From a virus, in the IMG/VR virus record IMGVR_UViG_3300023179_000013, positions 32,001 to 96,000 of that record: DNA of 64,000 bases, one strand, 5' to 3'. The stretch's first letter is position 1, and each line of letters opens with the position of its first letter. The notes beneath the pieces are model-generated. The model did no database searches, was not told the origin of the DNA, and saw nothing but the letters and a program-made list of their open reading frames with translations. The translations under genes were made by a program, and so were the position numbers. Of the stretch, positions 1 through 9,622 are shown piece after piece.

Positions 1-393
1 AAAAACCCTCCGACTGATGCTAAATCAGCTATTGGTTTGGAGTTATTTATAAATTGGAATGCACCAATCATCCTTATTGAAGGAATGTTTGATGCATTGA
101 CCGTTAAACGAAACGTAATTCCCCTGTTTGGGAAAATTATTCACGAGAAGTTACTAGCAAAACTAGTACGCTCAACAGTTAATAGGATTTACATTGCACT
201 TGATCCTGATGCTATTAAAAATGCTTTAAAACATGCTGAGATGTTAATGTCGTATGGTAAAGAAGTATATTTAGTAGAATTAGATGGTAAAGACGCTAAT
301 GAAATAGGGTTTGAGAGGTTTTTAAACACGATTGAACAATCGCAACCTCTTACATTCCAATCCCTATTGACTAAAAAACTACAATTAATATGA
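1..393 (+). CDS. DNA primase, C-terminal Toprim part (5' truncated)
   Basis: Frame is open from base 1 (KNPPTDAK...); Toprim motifs IEGMFDA, ALDPDA and KDANE. Confidence 0.85.
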   Translation, partial: KNPPTDAKSAIGLELFINWNAPIILIEGMFDALTVKRNVIPLFGKIIHEKLLAKLVRSTVNRIYIALDPDAIKNALKHAEMLMSYGKEVYLVELDGKDANEIGFERFLNTIEQSQPLTFQSLLTKKLQLI

Positions 394-1178
394 TTGACAA
401 AAATGCAAACGTAATCAAAGATCCAAAAATTAAAAGGATTGTTGAATACACAGAAGACAATAAACAAATCAATGTATTAGACTCTCGTTTTTATAGGAGA
501 AATGGCAAATACTACCCCTCAGTAACTTCTATCTTAAATTATTTCCCTAAAAATCAATTCTTCCATTCCTGGCTTAAAGATGTAGGACACAACAGCGATA
601 TCATTGCTCAAAAAGCAGCTGGTGAAGGTACTCAAGTACACAATGCTGTAGAAGCATTTTTAAATGGAGAAGAAATTACATGGATTGATGAATACGGAAA
701 TGCCAAATATAATTTAGATGTTTGGAGAATGATTTTACGCTTTGCTGAATTTTGGAACACTCATAAACCAGAATTAATAGCAACCGAATATCATTTATTT
801 TCAGATGAACATGAATTTGCAGGTACTGCAGACTTTATTGTTCGATTTCAAGGCAGTTTGTGGTTAATGGATCTTAAAACATCCAACTCATTACACACCA
901 GTTATGATTTGCAATTAGCAGCCTATGCGACGGCATGGAACGAAACGCATAACGAAAAAATTACACACACTGGTATATTGTGGGTTAAAGCAAATACCCG
1001 CGGTGAAGGTAAAAAGGATAAAATCCAAGGTAAAGGTTGGGAATTAAGAACAATTAGCGATATTGAAACCAACTTTAAGATGTTTAAAAATATCCAAGAA
1101 ATTTATAAATTAGAAAATCCTGACCATAAACCATTTACCGAGCTATTACCAACATCGATTAAGATAGAAAAAGAGTAA
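390..1178 (+). CDS. PD-(D/E)XK exonuclease (T4-like phage exonuclease family)
   Basis: YPSVTSIL, GTQVH, AGTAD-x-DLKTS and QLAAYA motifs. Confidence 0.85.
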   Translation: MIDKNANVIKDPKIKRIVEYTEDNKQINVLDSRFYRRNGKYYPSVTSILNYFPKNQFFHSWLKDVGHNSDIIAQKAAGEGTQVHNAVEAFLNGEEITWIDEYGNAKYNLDVWRMILRFAEFWNTHKPELIATEYHLFSDEHEFAGTADFIVRFQGSLWLMDLKTSNSLHTSYDLQLAAYATAWNETHNEKITHTGILWVKANTRGEGKKDKIQGKGWELRTISDIETNFKMFKNIQEIYKLENPDHKPFTELLPTSIKIEKE

Positions 1179-1185
1179 TATTTAT
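1178..1185 (+). promoter_or_regulatory. ATATTTAT putative late promoter
   Basis: Recurrent intergenic motif; upstream of 1205. Confidence 0.65.
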
Positions 1186-1204
1186 AGGTAGTCATTTTCT
1201 ACTT

Positions 1205-1960
1205 ATGATAAAATTAATTGATTTACTGCTCGAAGCAGCAACCCAACCCAAAGCCATATTTTTAGCTGGTCCTGCTGGGTCTGGTAAATCTTATATATCT
1301 AAGCAATTAATCCCATCAGGATTAACTGTAATTAATGTAGACGATACTTACGAAGAATTATTAAAAGCAGCTGGTTTAGGTACAAAAATTGCTGACTTTA
1401 GTCAAGACCAATTATCGCAAGCAGCTAAATTAATGGGTCAAGCTCAAAAAGCTACTAAAGAAAAATATGCACAATTATCTGCTGCTAAAAATAATATTGT
1501 AATAGATGGTACTGGTGCTGCTCCTAAGCCACTATTAAAGAAAAAAGCAGAATTAGAAGCATTGGGATATGACACAATGATGATTATGATTTGGGTTTCG
1601 CCTTATACATCATTAGAGCGCAATGCACAACGTGATCGTGCTTTACCTCCTGCTATTGTACTTCGTACGTGGCGTGATGTAAATAAAAATATTGAAACAT
1701 ATAGATCAGCTTTTGATAAAGATTTTATATTAGTCGATAATGATCCTGAAGCTAGATTTGAATATAACCCTGAATATGTTAAACAACAATTTTTCAAAAC
1801 AGTAAAGGGTAGTGGTAAGAAATACTCACCAGAGGAATTAGTTAAAAAGAAAGAAGAAATAGATGCTATGAATCAAGAAATAGCTAGTTTACTTACTAAT
1901 GTTCCTGACTTTATGACTATTGAAGATGCAAAATCTAAAATAAATAATTTTTTAAAATGA
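1205..1960 (+). CDS. Zeta-toxin-like P-loop kinase with MIKLxDLLxE leader
   Basis: Walker A GPAGSGKS, INVDD, VIDGTG, SLERNAQRDR; N-terminus MIKLIDLLLEA. Confidence 0.75.
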   Translation: MIKLIDLLLEAATQPKAIFLAGPAGSGKSYISKQLIPSGLTVINVDDTYEELLKAAGLGTKIADFSQDQLSQAAKLMGQAQKATKEKYAQLSAAKNNIVIDGTGAAPKPLLKKKAELEALGYDTMMIMIWVSPYTSLERNAQRDRALPPAIVLRTWRDVNKNIETYRSAFDKDFILVDNDPEARFEYNPEYVKQQFFKTVKGSGKKYSPEELVKKKEEIDAMNQEIASLLTNVPDFMTIEDAKSKINNFLK

Positions 1961-2649
1961 TTAGGTTAGTAGACATATTGAAAGAAGCTTATGTTGATAA
2001 ACAAGGAAATCTTATAAGTAATGCTGAATTTGTGGTTAAACAAAATGGATATTTTGATTTAATATTGGTAGATAAAGAAAAAATAAATATTAATAATTAT
2101 ATTAATTTTCAATCAAACCAAAGTGAATGGAATAATCAAAAAGTTGCAAATAGTATTTTTAATCAAATAATAGAATTATATAAAGGAACAGCACTTGAAA
2201 AATATAATAATATAGTTGGATTCACTCCCACAAAGAAAATAAATAGAGACAGTAATGTGTTTGATACTCCTTCATTAAGTTTATACTTTATGGAAGGTAT
2301 TGATAAAGTTGAAAATGGTGAATGGAAAGGATGGTTATTATCTCCACTATATATTGAAACTCCTATTGATAAAGAAGAATATTCTTTAAAAGGTAGAACA
2401 TTTCCTAGTATTCCTGGTTTTACTAATGAACCTGTTACTATAGGTTCTGGTGAAAAAGCAAAAACCACTACTAATCAAGAAGACATTAAAAATAAATTAA
2501 TGTATCTGAATATAATATATATACCTTTTATTCACATACCAAAATACAAAAAATCTTCCCCTAATATTGAAATTGAAACAAAATCAGATATTATTGATAT
2601 GTTTAATGAAGTAGGATTAGAGGCTCTTTCTTATAATAAATCAAAATAA
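1957..2649 (+). CDS. Hypothetical protein with MIRLVDILKEA leader
   Basis: 230-aa ORF overlapping the upstream stop (ATGA); leader motif. Confidence 0.7.
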   Translation: MIRLVDILKEAYVDKQGNLISNAEFVVKQNGYFDLILVDKEKININNYINFQSNQSEWNNQKVANSIFNQIIELYKGTALEKYNNIVGFTPTKKINRDSNVFDTPSLSLYFMEGIDKVENGEWKGWLLSPLYIETPIDKEEYSLKGRTFPSIPGFTNEPVTIGSGEKAKTTTNQEDIKNKLMYLNIIYIPFIHIPKYKKSSPNIEIETKSDIIDMFNEVGLEALSYNKSK

Positions 2650-2662
2650 ATAACTTTTTACA

Positions 2663-4066
2663 ATGAACTTAGGAGAATATTTAGCACAACAATTACTTGA
2701 AGCAGGAGAAGATAAACAAACTATTGCTTTATTCCCAGGCGCTTTCAAACCACCTCATAAAGGTCACTTTGATGTAGTTGAAAAATTATTAAAAGCAGCT
2801 GATCAAGTAGTAGTACTTGTATCACCTAAAATACGTGATGGAGTTTCTGCTGATGAATCTGTTGCTGTATGGAATTTATATAAGACCAAATTTAATGGTC
2901 CTGTCGAAATTAGAGTTGCTGCTGAATCTCCTGTTGGTGAAACATATGATGTTGTTAAAAACAACCCCGATACTGACTTTATTGTAGCGTTTGGAAAAGG
3001 TGAAATGGATCGTTATAAAAGCATGGAAAAACATCCTAATGCTAAAGTATTTGATGCTGGTGCTGTTGAAGGTGCTAATGCTACTAATTTAAGAATGGCT
3101 TTAGTTTCTAAAAATGAAGAAGAAATAGCAAAATATCTTCCTGATGGTATTAGTGTAACTGAATTTTTAACTGCAATTCAACAACCAATAGAATCAGAAC
3201 CAGAACCTGTTGCTGAGCCGGCTCCTACTACTCCTGAACAACCAGTACAAGAATCATCTCCTAATCAAGACGAAAATGATGATTACTACGATTATGTTCA
3301 AGCAAATCGTGATAAAGTAGAAAGAGTAGCTCAAGTATTTAATTATCCTATTGAGGATATGATACTTGCTTTCAACGGAGGTACACCAATGATAATGTCT
3401 GATGATATGTGGAGTGCTTTGGAAAATAGTGAATCACATAAAATTAAAGATTTAGAAAGTGCTATTTCGCATGCTTTAAAATTAGGTATCAATCCTAGAC
3501 CATATATTGATCAAATCAAGAAGAAAAAAGAAATGCCTTTACCTCTCGTACTACAATATGGTCCTAACCAATATTATTTAGTAGGAGGTGAAGTAGTATT
3601 ATCTATACTCAAAGCACTGGGTGCTATTCCTAATGTATTAGTAGGTAATATTACACCTAAAAGAGCAACATTATCCGAACCAATATTTGAAGTTTTAGAT
3701 ACTAAAAACGACAAACATAAACAAATATTAAAAAAGTTTATAGCATTTGCTATTAAAGAATTAGATATTCAAAAACCACCAAGTGGTCTTACATTATCTA
3801 AAGACAATACTAAAGCTAGATCTCGTCATACATTTGGTACTTTTAGTCCTGATAATGATAAAATTTGGCTCTATGTTAGTAATAGAAATATAGCTGATTC
3901 TTTACGTACATTAGCTCATGAGTTAGTACATCGTAAACAAGCTGAAGATAATAGATTAGATCTTACTAGCGGAGAAACAGGAAGTGAAATTGAAAATGAA
4001 GCAAATGCTCAAGCAGGAATATTATTAAGAAAATTCGGCAAACAAAACGAAGAAATATATCAATAA
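2663..4066 (+). CDS. Multidomain protein: HxGH nucleotidyltransferase, ParB/Srx-like domain and zincin peptidase
   Basis: FPGAFKPPHKGH; central PLVL...YYLVGG; C-terminal LRTLAHELVH...ENEANA. Confidence 0.75.
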   Translation: MNLGEYLAQQLLEAGEDKQTIALFPGAFKPPHKGHFDVVEKLLKAADQVVVLVSPKIRDGVSADESVAVWNLYKTKFNGPVEIRVAAESPVGETYDVVKNNPDTDFIVAFGKGEMDRYKSMEKHPNAKVFDAGAVEGANATNLRMALVSKNEEEIAKYLPDGISVTEFLTAIQQPIESEPEPVAEPAPTTPEQPVQESSPNQDENDDYYDYVQANRDKVERVAQVFNYPIEDMILAFNGGTPMIMSDDMWSALENSESHKIKDLESAISHALKLGINPRPYIDQIKKKKEMPLPLVLQYGPNQYYLVGGEVVLSILKALGAIPNVLVGNITPKRATLSEPIFEVLDTKNDKHKQILKKFIAFAIKELDIQKPPSGLTLSKDNTKARSRHTFGTFSPDNDKIWLYVSNRNIADSLRTLAHELVHRKQAEDNRLDLTSGETGSEIENEANAQAGILLRKFGKQNEEIYQ

Positions 4067-4069
4067 GTT

Positions 4070-4537
4070 ATGTATACTATTTTTTGTGACATGGACGGTG
4101 TCCTTGTTGACTTTGACAAAGGTTATTATGATTTAACAGGTAATCATACATCTCAATTTCCTCATGGAGATAGTGATTTTTGGAAACCACTTGAAGAAGA
4201 AGGAGCACTTTTTTGGGCTACTTTACCCTGGATGCCTGATGGACAAGATTTATGGCGTTTTATTAAACGTTATAAACCTTATATTTTATCTGCCCCATCT
4301 CAAGACCCTGCCTCTAGAATAGGAAAAGAAGCATGGTGTAAAATGCATATCAATAATCAATATAGAAAGCTATATTTTAAACCAGCTAAATTTAAATCAG
4401 ATTTTGCTGGTCAAAATAAAATTCTTATTGATGATAGGGAAGATACAATTGCGAGCTGGAACGCTAAAGGTGGAATAGGAATCCACCATACATCAGCTGC
4501 TAATACAATTAAAGAATTGAAAAAACTAGGTTTATGA
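4070..4537 (+). CDS. HAD-family 5'(3')-deoxyribonucleotidase-like protein
   Basis: DMDGVLVDF, ILSAP, K and LIDD HAD motifs. Confidence 0.8.
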   Translation: MYTIFCDMDGVLVDFDKGYYDLTGNHTSQFPHGDSDFWKPLEEEGALFWATLPWMPDGQDLWRFIKRYKPYILSAPSQDPASRIGKEAWCKMHINNQYRKLYFKPAKFKSDFAGQNKILIDDREDTIASWNAKGGIGIHHTSAANTIKELKKLGL

Positions 4538-5118
4538 GTGATAACATGCTAAAAAAAGAATTTAATACGCGTGATGTACAACGCATGCGTAATATTATTA
4601 CTAAAGATTATAGTGCAAAAACAGGTGTACAAGTAGGATATTCTAAAGGATACGTTGAACGTAAAGAGGGAGACGTGTGGGAGGAAAATAAAAAAACTTG
4701 GACTATTAAGAATGGTATCAAAATGACTATTACTAAACTTGATAAAGTAAAACAAGCCTTACAGATGCCTTTAATATGCCCTATCTGCCATCAACCAATG
4801 AATAAAGGTAGATTAGATAAAATAATGTATTCTATCCATAAACAATGTTCTGATTGTGTAATTAAACATGAAACTGAATTAAAACGTTTAGGTAAATTTG
4901 AAGAATACCAACAAAACATCAACAAACAAAGTATAGTTTATCATATCAAGGAGATGGAAAATGTATTACTTGAATTAGTTATGGAACAATCCGATGAATC
5001 ATTTGTAACTGAAGCAGGAGATATTGAAACTTGGAAAGGAAAAGGTTTTGATAAACAAAAAGTGGTCGAGGATATACAAGAATACATCAAAAAGCTTAAA
5101 GATGTGGTGAATTCCTAA
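4534..5118 (+). CDS. Hypothetical protein with Zn-ribbon-like cysteines
   Basis: CPIC...CSDC; overlaps the upstream stop. Confidence 0.7.
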   Translation: MSDNMLKKEFNTRDVQRMRNIITKDYSAKTGVQVGYSKGYVERKEGDVWEENKKTWTIKNGIKMTITKLDKVKQALQMPLICPICHQPMNKGRLDKIMYSIHKQCSDCVIKHETELKRLGKFEEYQQNINKQSIVYHIKEMENVLLELVMEQSDESFVTEAGDIETWKGKGFDKQKVVEDIQEYIKKLKDVVNS

Positions 5119-5125
5119 TATTTAT
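5118..5125 (+). promoter_or_regulatory. ATATTTAT putative late promoter
   Basis: Upstream of 5158. Confidence 0.65.
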
Positions 5126-5157
5126 TGGTAATGAACATTTTAATCTTTTAACTAATA

Positions 5158-5439
5158 ATGGATAGCATTTACACAGTACTAATCACAGCAATTACAGTTT
5201 TAGGAGGTTCTACAGCTTTTAGATTTTACGAAAAACGTGCATTGCATAGAGAACGCGATGAAGATTTTATCCGTCACGATTGTAAAGATCGTATTTCTAA
5301 ATTAGAAGCATTATTAGAAGAATCAGCCAAAGAAAAAGACGAAATGCGTAGTTTAATTTTAAAGCTTACATCAGAAGTAGCTGAATTACGTGTTAAAGTT
5401 GAGTATTTAACTACTGAAAATAAAAAATTATCTAAGTGA
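5158..5439 (+). CDS. Small membrane-anchored coiled-coil protein (holin/lysis-like candidate)
   Basis: N-terminal hydrophobic helix then heptad coiled coil; own ATATTTAT motif upstream. Confidence 0.55.
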   Translation: MDSIYTVLITAITVLGGSTAFRFYEKRALHRERDEDFIRHDCKDRISKLEALLEESAKEKDEMRSLILKLTSEVAELRVKVEYLTTENKKLSK

Positions 5440-5666
5440 TAAAGCTCACCGAACTACTTATAAACGAAGGACCAGCAGAATACCCAGCTAACCACCAACC
5501 AGGAATGCGCGTAACTAAAGGTGGTTCAATGTGTGCTAATTGTGAATATTGGATTGCTGAAGGTAACAAATGTAATAATGAATATTGGTTAACTTGGCAT
5601 GATGGGAATGAAAATATTCCTTATCCTGCTGATGAATATTGTTGTAATTGGTGGCATAAAAAATAA
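5436..5666 (+). CDS. Small Cys/Trp-rich metal-binding protein with leader
   Basis: GTG start; MIKLTELLINE; CANC...C...CCNWW. Confidence 0.65.
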   Translation: MIKLTELLINEGPAEYPANHQPGMRVTKGGSMCANCEYWIAEGNKCNNEYWLTWHDGNENIPYPADEYCCNWWHKK

Positions 5667-5672
5667 ATAACT

Positions 5673-6092
5673 ATGAAATTATCAGAATTAAGACATTTAG
5701 TTAAAGAAACCCTTAAAGAGGCATTCTTTATTGGTGAAGATGATATTGAGGAATATGATGTAAAAAATGCACAAGATATAAAAGAATTTGTTGAATTCAT
5801 GCGTGAATATCAACAACAGTTAAATGAAGCTGATTGTGATTGTTTACTTGAAGCTAAATATCAAGGTCGCACTGTACCTTTAGGTAAACCAATGCGCGGT
5901 GATAGTAAGAAATTCAAGGTGTATGTTAAAAACCCTAAAACAGGTAAAGTTGTAAAAGTTAACTTTGGTGCTAAGGGAATGAATATAAAGAAAAACAATC
6001 CTATTAGACGCCGAGCCTTTAGAGCAAGACACAATTGCGCAAACCCAGGACCCCGTACTAAAGCTAGATACTGGTCTTGTAGAAAATGGTAA
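5673..6092 (+). CDS. Putative head-associated protein with basic C-terminal domain
   Basis: Acidic N-half with LKE/LNE/LLE sites; C-terminal KVNFG...FRARHNC...YWSCRKW. Confidence 0.7.
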   Translation: MKLSELRHLVKETLKEAFFIGEDDIEEYDVKNAQDIKEFVEFMREYQQQLNEADCDCLLEAKYQGRTVPLGKPMRGDSKKFKVYVKNPKTGKVVKVNFGAKGMNIKKNNPIRRRAFRARHNCANPGPRTKARYWSCRKW

Positions 6093-6093
6093 T

Positions 6094-6888
6094 ATGATTA
6101 AATTAACTGACTTATTAATTGAGATGCTGTTAGAAGATCGCTGCAAGCGCATCGCTGACCGCCGTTACTCAAAACCATCTGCCTATAAATCAGGTGCTAT
6201 TGTTCGTTGCCGTAAAGGTAATATTTGGAAAGGTATTAAATCTGAAGCATTTTTCATTGGTGAAGATGATCCTGAAACCCCACAACCAGGAGAATCTAGT
6301 GGAGCAGCAGCCAAATTTAAACCAGGAACAGAACCAAAAAAAATAGAATTTTTAACACTATCTGAAATAATTCAAAAAATACCTAGTATTCCTTATTACA
6401 AGGAAGTATTAGATGACATAAAGAAGGGAGATGAAAGTTGGGGAGTAACTAAAAAAGTTAAAGAATATGCGGAATATATGATGAAAAATCCTTCATCATT
6501 AAAAAATTTACCTCCAATTATAGTAATTGATGGAAAAATACAAGATGGAGCCCATAGAATTTCAGCTATATATTTATTACAAAATTTATTAGATCCAGAA
6601 AACAATTTTTGGAAGACTTTAAAACTTAAAGTTGAATTTTGGAATAAAGAAAATTTAAACGAAAAACAAAAAGAAACCCTTCGCACTTGGTTTAAACGCA
6701 AAGGTGCTCCTGGTAAAACAGGTGGATGGGTTGATTGTAATACATGCCGCGAAGTAGATGGTAAAACCAAATGCAAACCTTGCGGCAGACAAAAAGGTGA
6801 AAAGCGAGCAAAATATCCATCTTGTCGTCCAACACCATCACAATGTAAACAACCAGGTAAAGGTACTAAATGGGGTAAAACAAAATGA
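6094..6888 (+). CDS. Modular protein: basic PSAY module, ParB/Srx-like insert and Cys-rich basic module
   Basis: Leader MIKLTDLLIE; PSAYKSG; PPIIVIDGKIQDGAHRI; GGWVDC...CRP. Confidence 0.7.
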   Translation: MIKLTDLLIEMLLEDRCKRIADRRYSKPSAYKSGAIVRCRKGNIWKGIKSEAFFIGEDDPETPQPGESSGAAAKFKPGTEPKKIEFLTLSEIIQKIPSIPYYKEVLDDIKKGDESWGVTKKVKEYAEYMMKNPSSLKNLPPIIVIDGKIQDGAHRISAIYLLQNLLDPENNFWKTLKLKVEFWNKENLNEKQKETLRTWFKRKGAPGKTGGWVDCNTCREVDGKTKCKPCGRQKGEKRAKYPSCRPTPSQCKQPGKGTKWGKTK

Positions 6889-9596
6889 GACCAATATACA
6901 AATTCATATTACACGTAGTACACAATTTAAGTCCTTTGTTTGAATATGACCAAAAACAAATGGATGCTATTATAAATCATTATAAAGAAGAAGCAGATGA
7001 TCTAAATATTCAAATTACAGATCAACAACTTAAAAAATATATTGAACGTTTTGATCAATTAAAATCAAAGCTTATTTCTAGCGGTGGGACTGATTTAATT
7101 AAACAGATAAAAAAACCAGTTCAAATAACAACACCCTCAGGAGAGATTGTTACTAAAACAAAAAATGAATATGAAATTATAGTTCCTTTATCTAAACTAA
7201 TAAAACTTGTTACTGCATCTAAAGGTGCTGAAACAGCAGAGGATGAAGAAGATAAAACACCGGATGTAGTATACCAAAATAATGGTATTACTATATGGAA
7301 TGGTTCTAAAGAAGGTAATTGCATTACATATGGTCAAGGTGAAAGATGGTGCATTACTAGAGGATCATATGGTAATTATCGTTATTCCTCAGGTAGAGGT
7401 TATCCTACATTTTATTTAGCTAAAAACTCTAATTTATCTGATAGCGACAAATTAAGTTTTGTTGCTATACAAGTTAGAGATGCAGATGAGGATGAAAAAT
7501 ATGTTTATACTAACAGACAAAATTCACCTCATGAATCTAATTCAATGTCTTTTAGTGAATTAACATCTGAAGTTCCTTGGTTAAACGATGTTCCTAACAT
7601 TAAAAACATTTTAAAATACATTCCTTTATCTAACACAGAAAAAGTAACTCAACTTTACAAAAATAAAAGTATTAGTATTAGAGAATGGATGAAACTTCCA
7701 TTCGAAACTAAAAAACAGTATTTAGTTGTTAGAAAAGATAAAGATGAATTATTTGACGACATTGATAATAGTGTCTTTATATCTAAATACCTTCCACAAT
7801 ATCCTCAAATAGCTAATTTTATTGCTATTACTCCTGATATTATTAATTCCGAAATATTATTAGCAAACTTAGATAAATTTGATAACCAAGATAGGAAATC
7901 AATTACTGCTAATTTAAGAAAAAAAATAAGTACTAATTATCTAGATAGGGATACATTTTCATTTGATGCTAAAAAATTATTAACCTATTTGAATAAGTGG
8001 GATCTTAACTCTAACGAACGTTTATATGTTACTAAAGATGGTTCTACTATCGTTAGATTAAAACTAGGAGATACTATATCTGTTGGTTTATACCAAGCAG
8101 AAGATGATTATCCTAATATCAAATTAAATCAACGCACATCAAAATATCTATTAGACTATCCAGAATTAGATAAAATTCCTTTAAGGAATATCATTAAATT
8201 ATCTGATGATGGTGTTATTGATAAACAAGTAATTAAAAAAGTATTAGATGGTGCTAAAAAAGATCCTAATTCTGCTATTGCTGTTAAAGATGTAGATGGT
8301 AAAGAAATTGTTCTAGATTCAAACTCATTTGCTTCTTATCAAATAGATGAAGAAGGTAATTTAGTAATTGTTCCTTTTGATGATGAAAATGTGCAAAAAG
8401 CTTTTGCTGAGGAAAAAGATAATGAATCATTCCAACAAAATGCTATTAATCTTGTTAAAACATCAGTAGATGAACGCGAAAATCTTCCTTCTACAATAGA
8501 TAAAAATGCTTTTATATCTATACTTAAAGCATCTCCTTACGATAAGAGAAAAATTGAAGCACAGGGTGAAGAACATATTATATTACCATTAATATCTTCT
8601 GATGGTAATGATGTACGTATAGTAATAAAAAGCACAAATAAAAATAGCCCAACAGCTGTTACTATAGGTGGAACAGGTAATACTTGGAGAAGATATAATG
8701 TTTATTACTCATTAGGAGAAAAAGCTTGGAAAGAGTATTTTGCTTATATGAGAAATGAAAACCAAATTTATAGTGATGAAGAATTAATATCTCTTCTTAA
8801 AAGAACATACGGTTTTTCTAGTGAGTCTAAAATAGACTTTATTAAAGCAATACCACCCTTAAACCCAACAGGTCGTTATGCTGTTGCTTTTTATAATCCT
8901 AGCAATACTGCTTATATAGTTAATAAACAAAACCCAAGAGAAAGTTTTAAAGTATCTGACAGAACAGGTAAATTAGTAAAAGCAAATATATCTCCAGTAC
9001 TAGCTCGTCAATTAACCGGTGCTACACCAGACGAAGCTACACCTGTAGTTACTCCTAGAAGAGGTAGACCAGGTGGAGGAAGACGTGATGTTACTGCTCC
9101 ACGAGTTACTCCAGTTGCTAATGGTGATGTAAACGTATCTGCAAGAATGAGAGAGGCTGGATTAGAAACAGCATTTTTACGTTTACCAAGACCAGATTTT
9201 AGAAGAATAAATGTAACTAATGCTACGGGTGTTCTCCCAATTAATGATAGAGGTGCTACTCGCCGTAACAATACATTAAATGGAAGAGGCCGTGTTACCT
9301 CAGTATTATCTATAGGTGCAAGTAAAATTTATTTTATTAGATTAAATAACGGCCAAACAGTTGCTTCTATTAACATCCAACCAGGTAACAGAAACTATTT
9401 GTTAACTGGAAACGAAAACGGTAATGTAGCAGTACCAATGAATTCACCAAGTGAATTATTACAGGTATTACAAAATCGTAACTTAGCAGAAATGCGCCGT
9501 TACTTAACACAAGAATACTTAGCTAATAATCCTGAACATTTAGAAGAAGTGCGTGGATTGTTGCAACAACACATAGCTGAAACCAGAAACCAATAA
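6885..9596 (+). CDS. Large hypothetical protein (903 aa) with PcfJ-like WC motif
   Basis: Long ORF; CITYGQGERWCIT motif; Arg-rich C-terminal region. Confidence 0.65.
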   Translation: MRPIYKFILHVVHNLSPLFEYDQKQMDAIINHYKEEADDLNIQITDQQLKKYIERFDQLKSKLISSGGTDLIKQIKKPVQITTPSGEIVTKTKNEYEIIVPLSKLIKLVTASKGAETAEDEEDKTPDVVYQNNGITIWNGSKEGNCITYGQGERWCITRGSYGNYRYSSGRGYPTFYLAKNSNLSDSDKLSFVAIQVRDADEDEKYVYTNRQNSPHESNSMSFSELTSEVPWLNDVPNIKNILKYIPLSNTEKVTQLYKNKSISIREWMKLPFETKKQYLVVRKDKDELFDDIDNSVFISKYLPQYPQIANFIAITPDIINSEILLANLDKFDNQDRKSITANLRKKISTNYLDRDTFSFDAKKLLTYLNKWDLNSNERLYVTKDGSTIVRLKLGDTISVGLYQAEDDYPNIKLNQRTSKYLLDYPELDKIPLRNIIKLSDDGVIDKQVIKKVLDGAKKDPNSAIAVKDVDGKEIVLDSNSFASYQIDEEGNLVIVPFDDENVQKAFAEEKDNESFQQNAINLVKTSVDERENLPSTIDKNAFISILKASPYDKRKIEAQGEEHIILPLISSDGNDVRIVIKSTNKNSPTAVTIGGTGNTWRRYNVYYSLGEKAWKEYFAYMRNENQIYSDEELISLLKRTYGFSSESKIDFIKAIPPLNPTGRYAVAFYNPSNTAYIVNKQNPRESFKVSDRTGKLVKANISPVLARQLTGATPDEATPVVTPRRGRPGGGRRDVTAPRVTPVANGDVNVSARMREAGLETAFLRLPRPDFRRINVTNATGVLPINDRGATRRNNTLNGRGRVTSVLSIGASKIYFIRLNNGQTVASINIQPGNRNYLLTGNENGNVAVPMNSPSELLQVLQNRNLAEMRRYLTQEYLANNPEHLEEVRGLLQQHIAETRNQ

Positions 9597-9603
9597 TATT
9601 TAT
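9596..9603 (+). promoter_or_regulatory. ATATTTAT putative late promoter
   Basis: Upstream of 9623. Confidence 0.65.
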
Positions 9604-9622
9604 ACATATAAATTAACCAATC

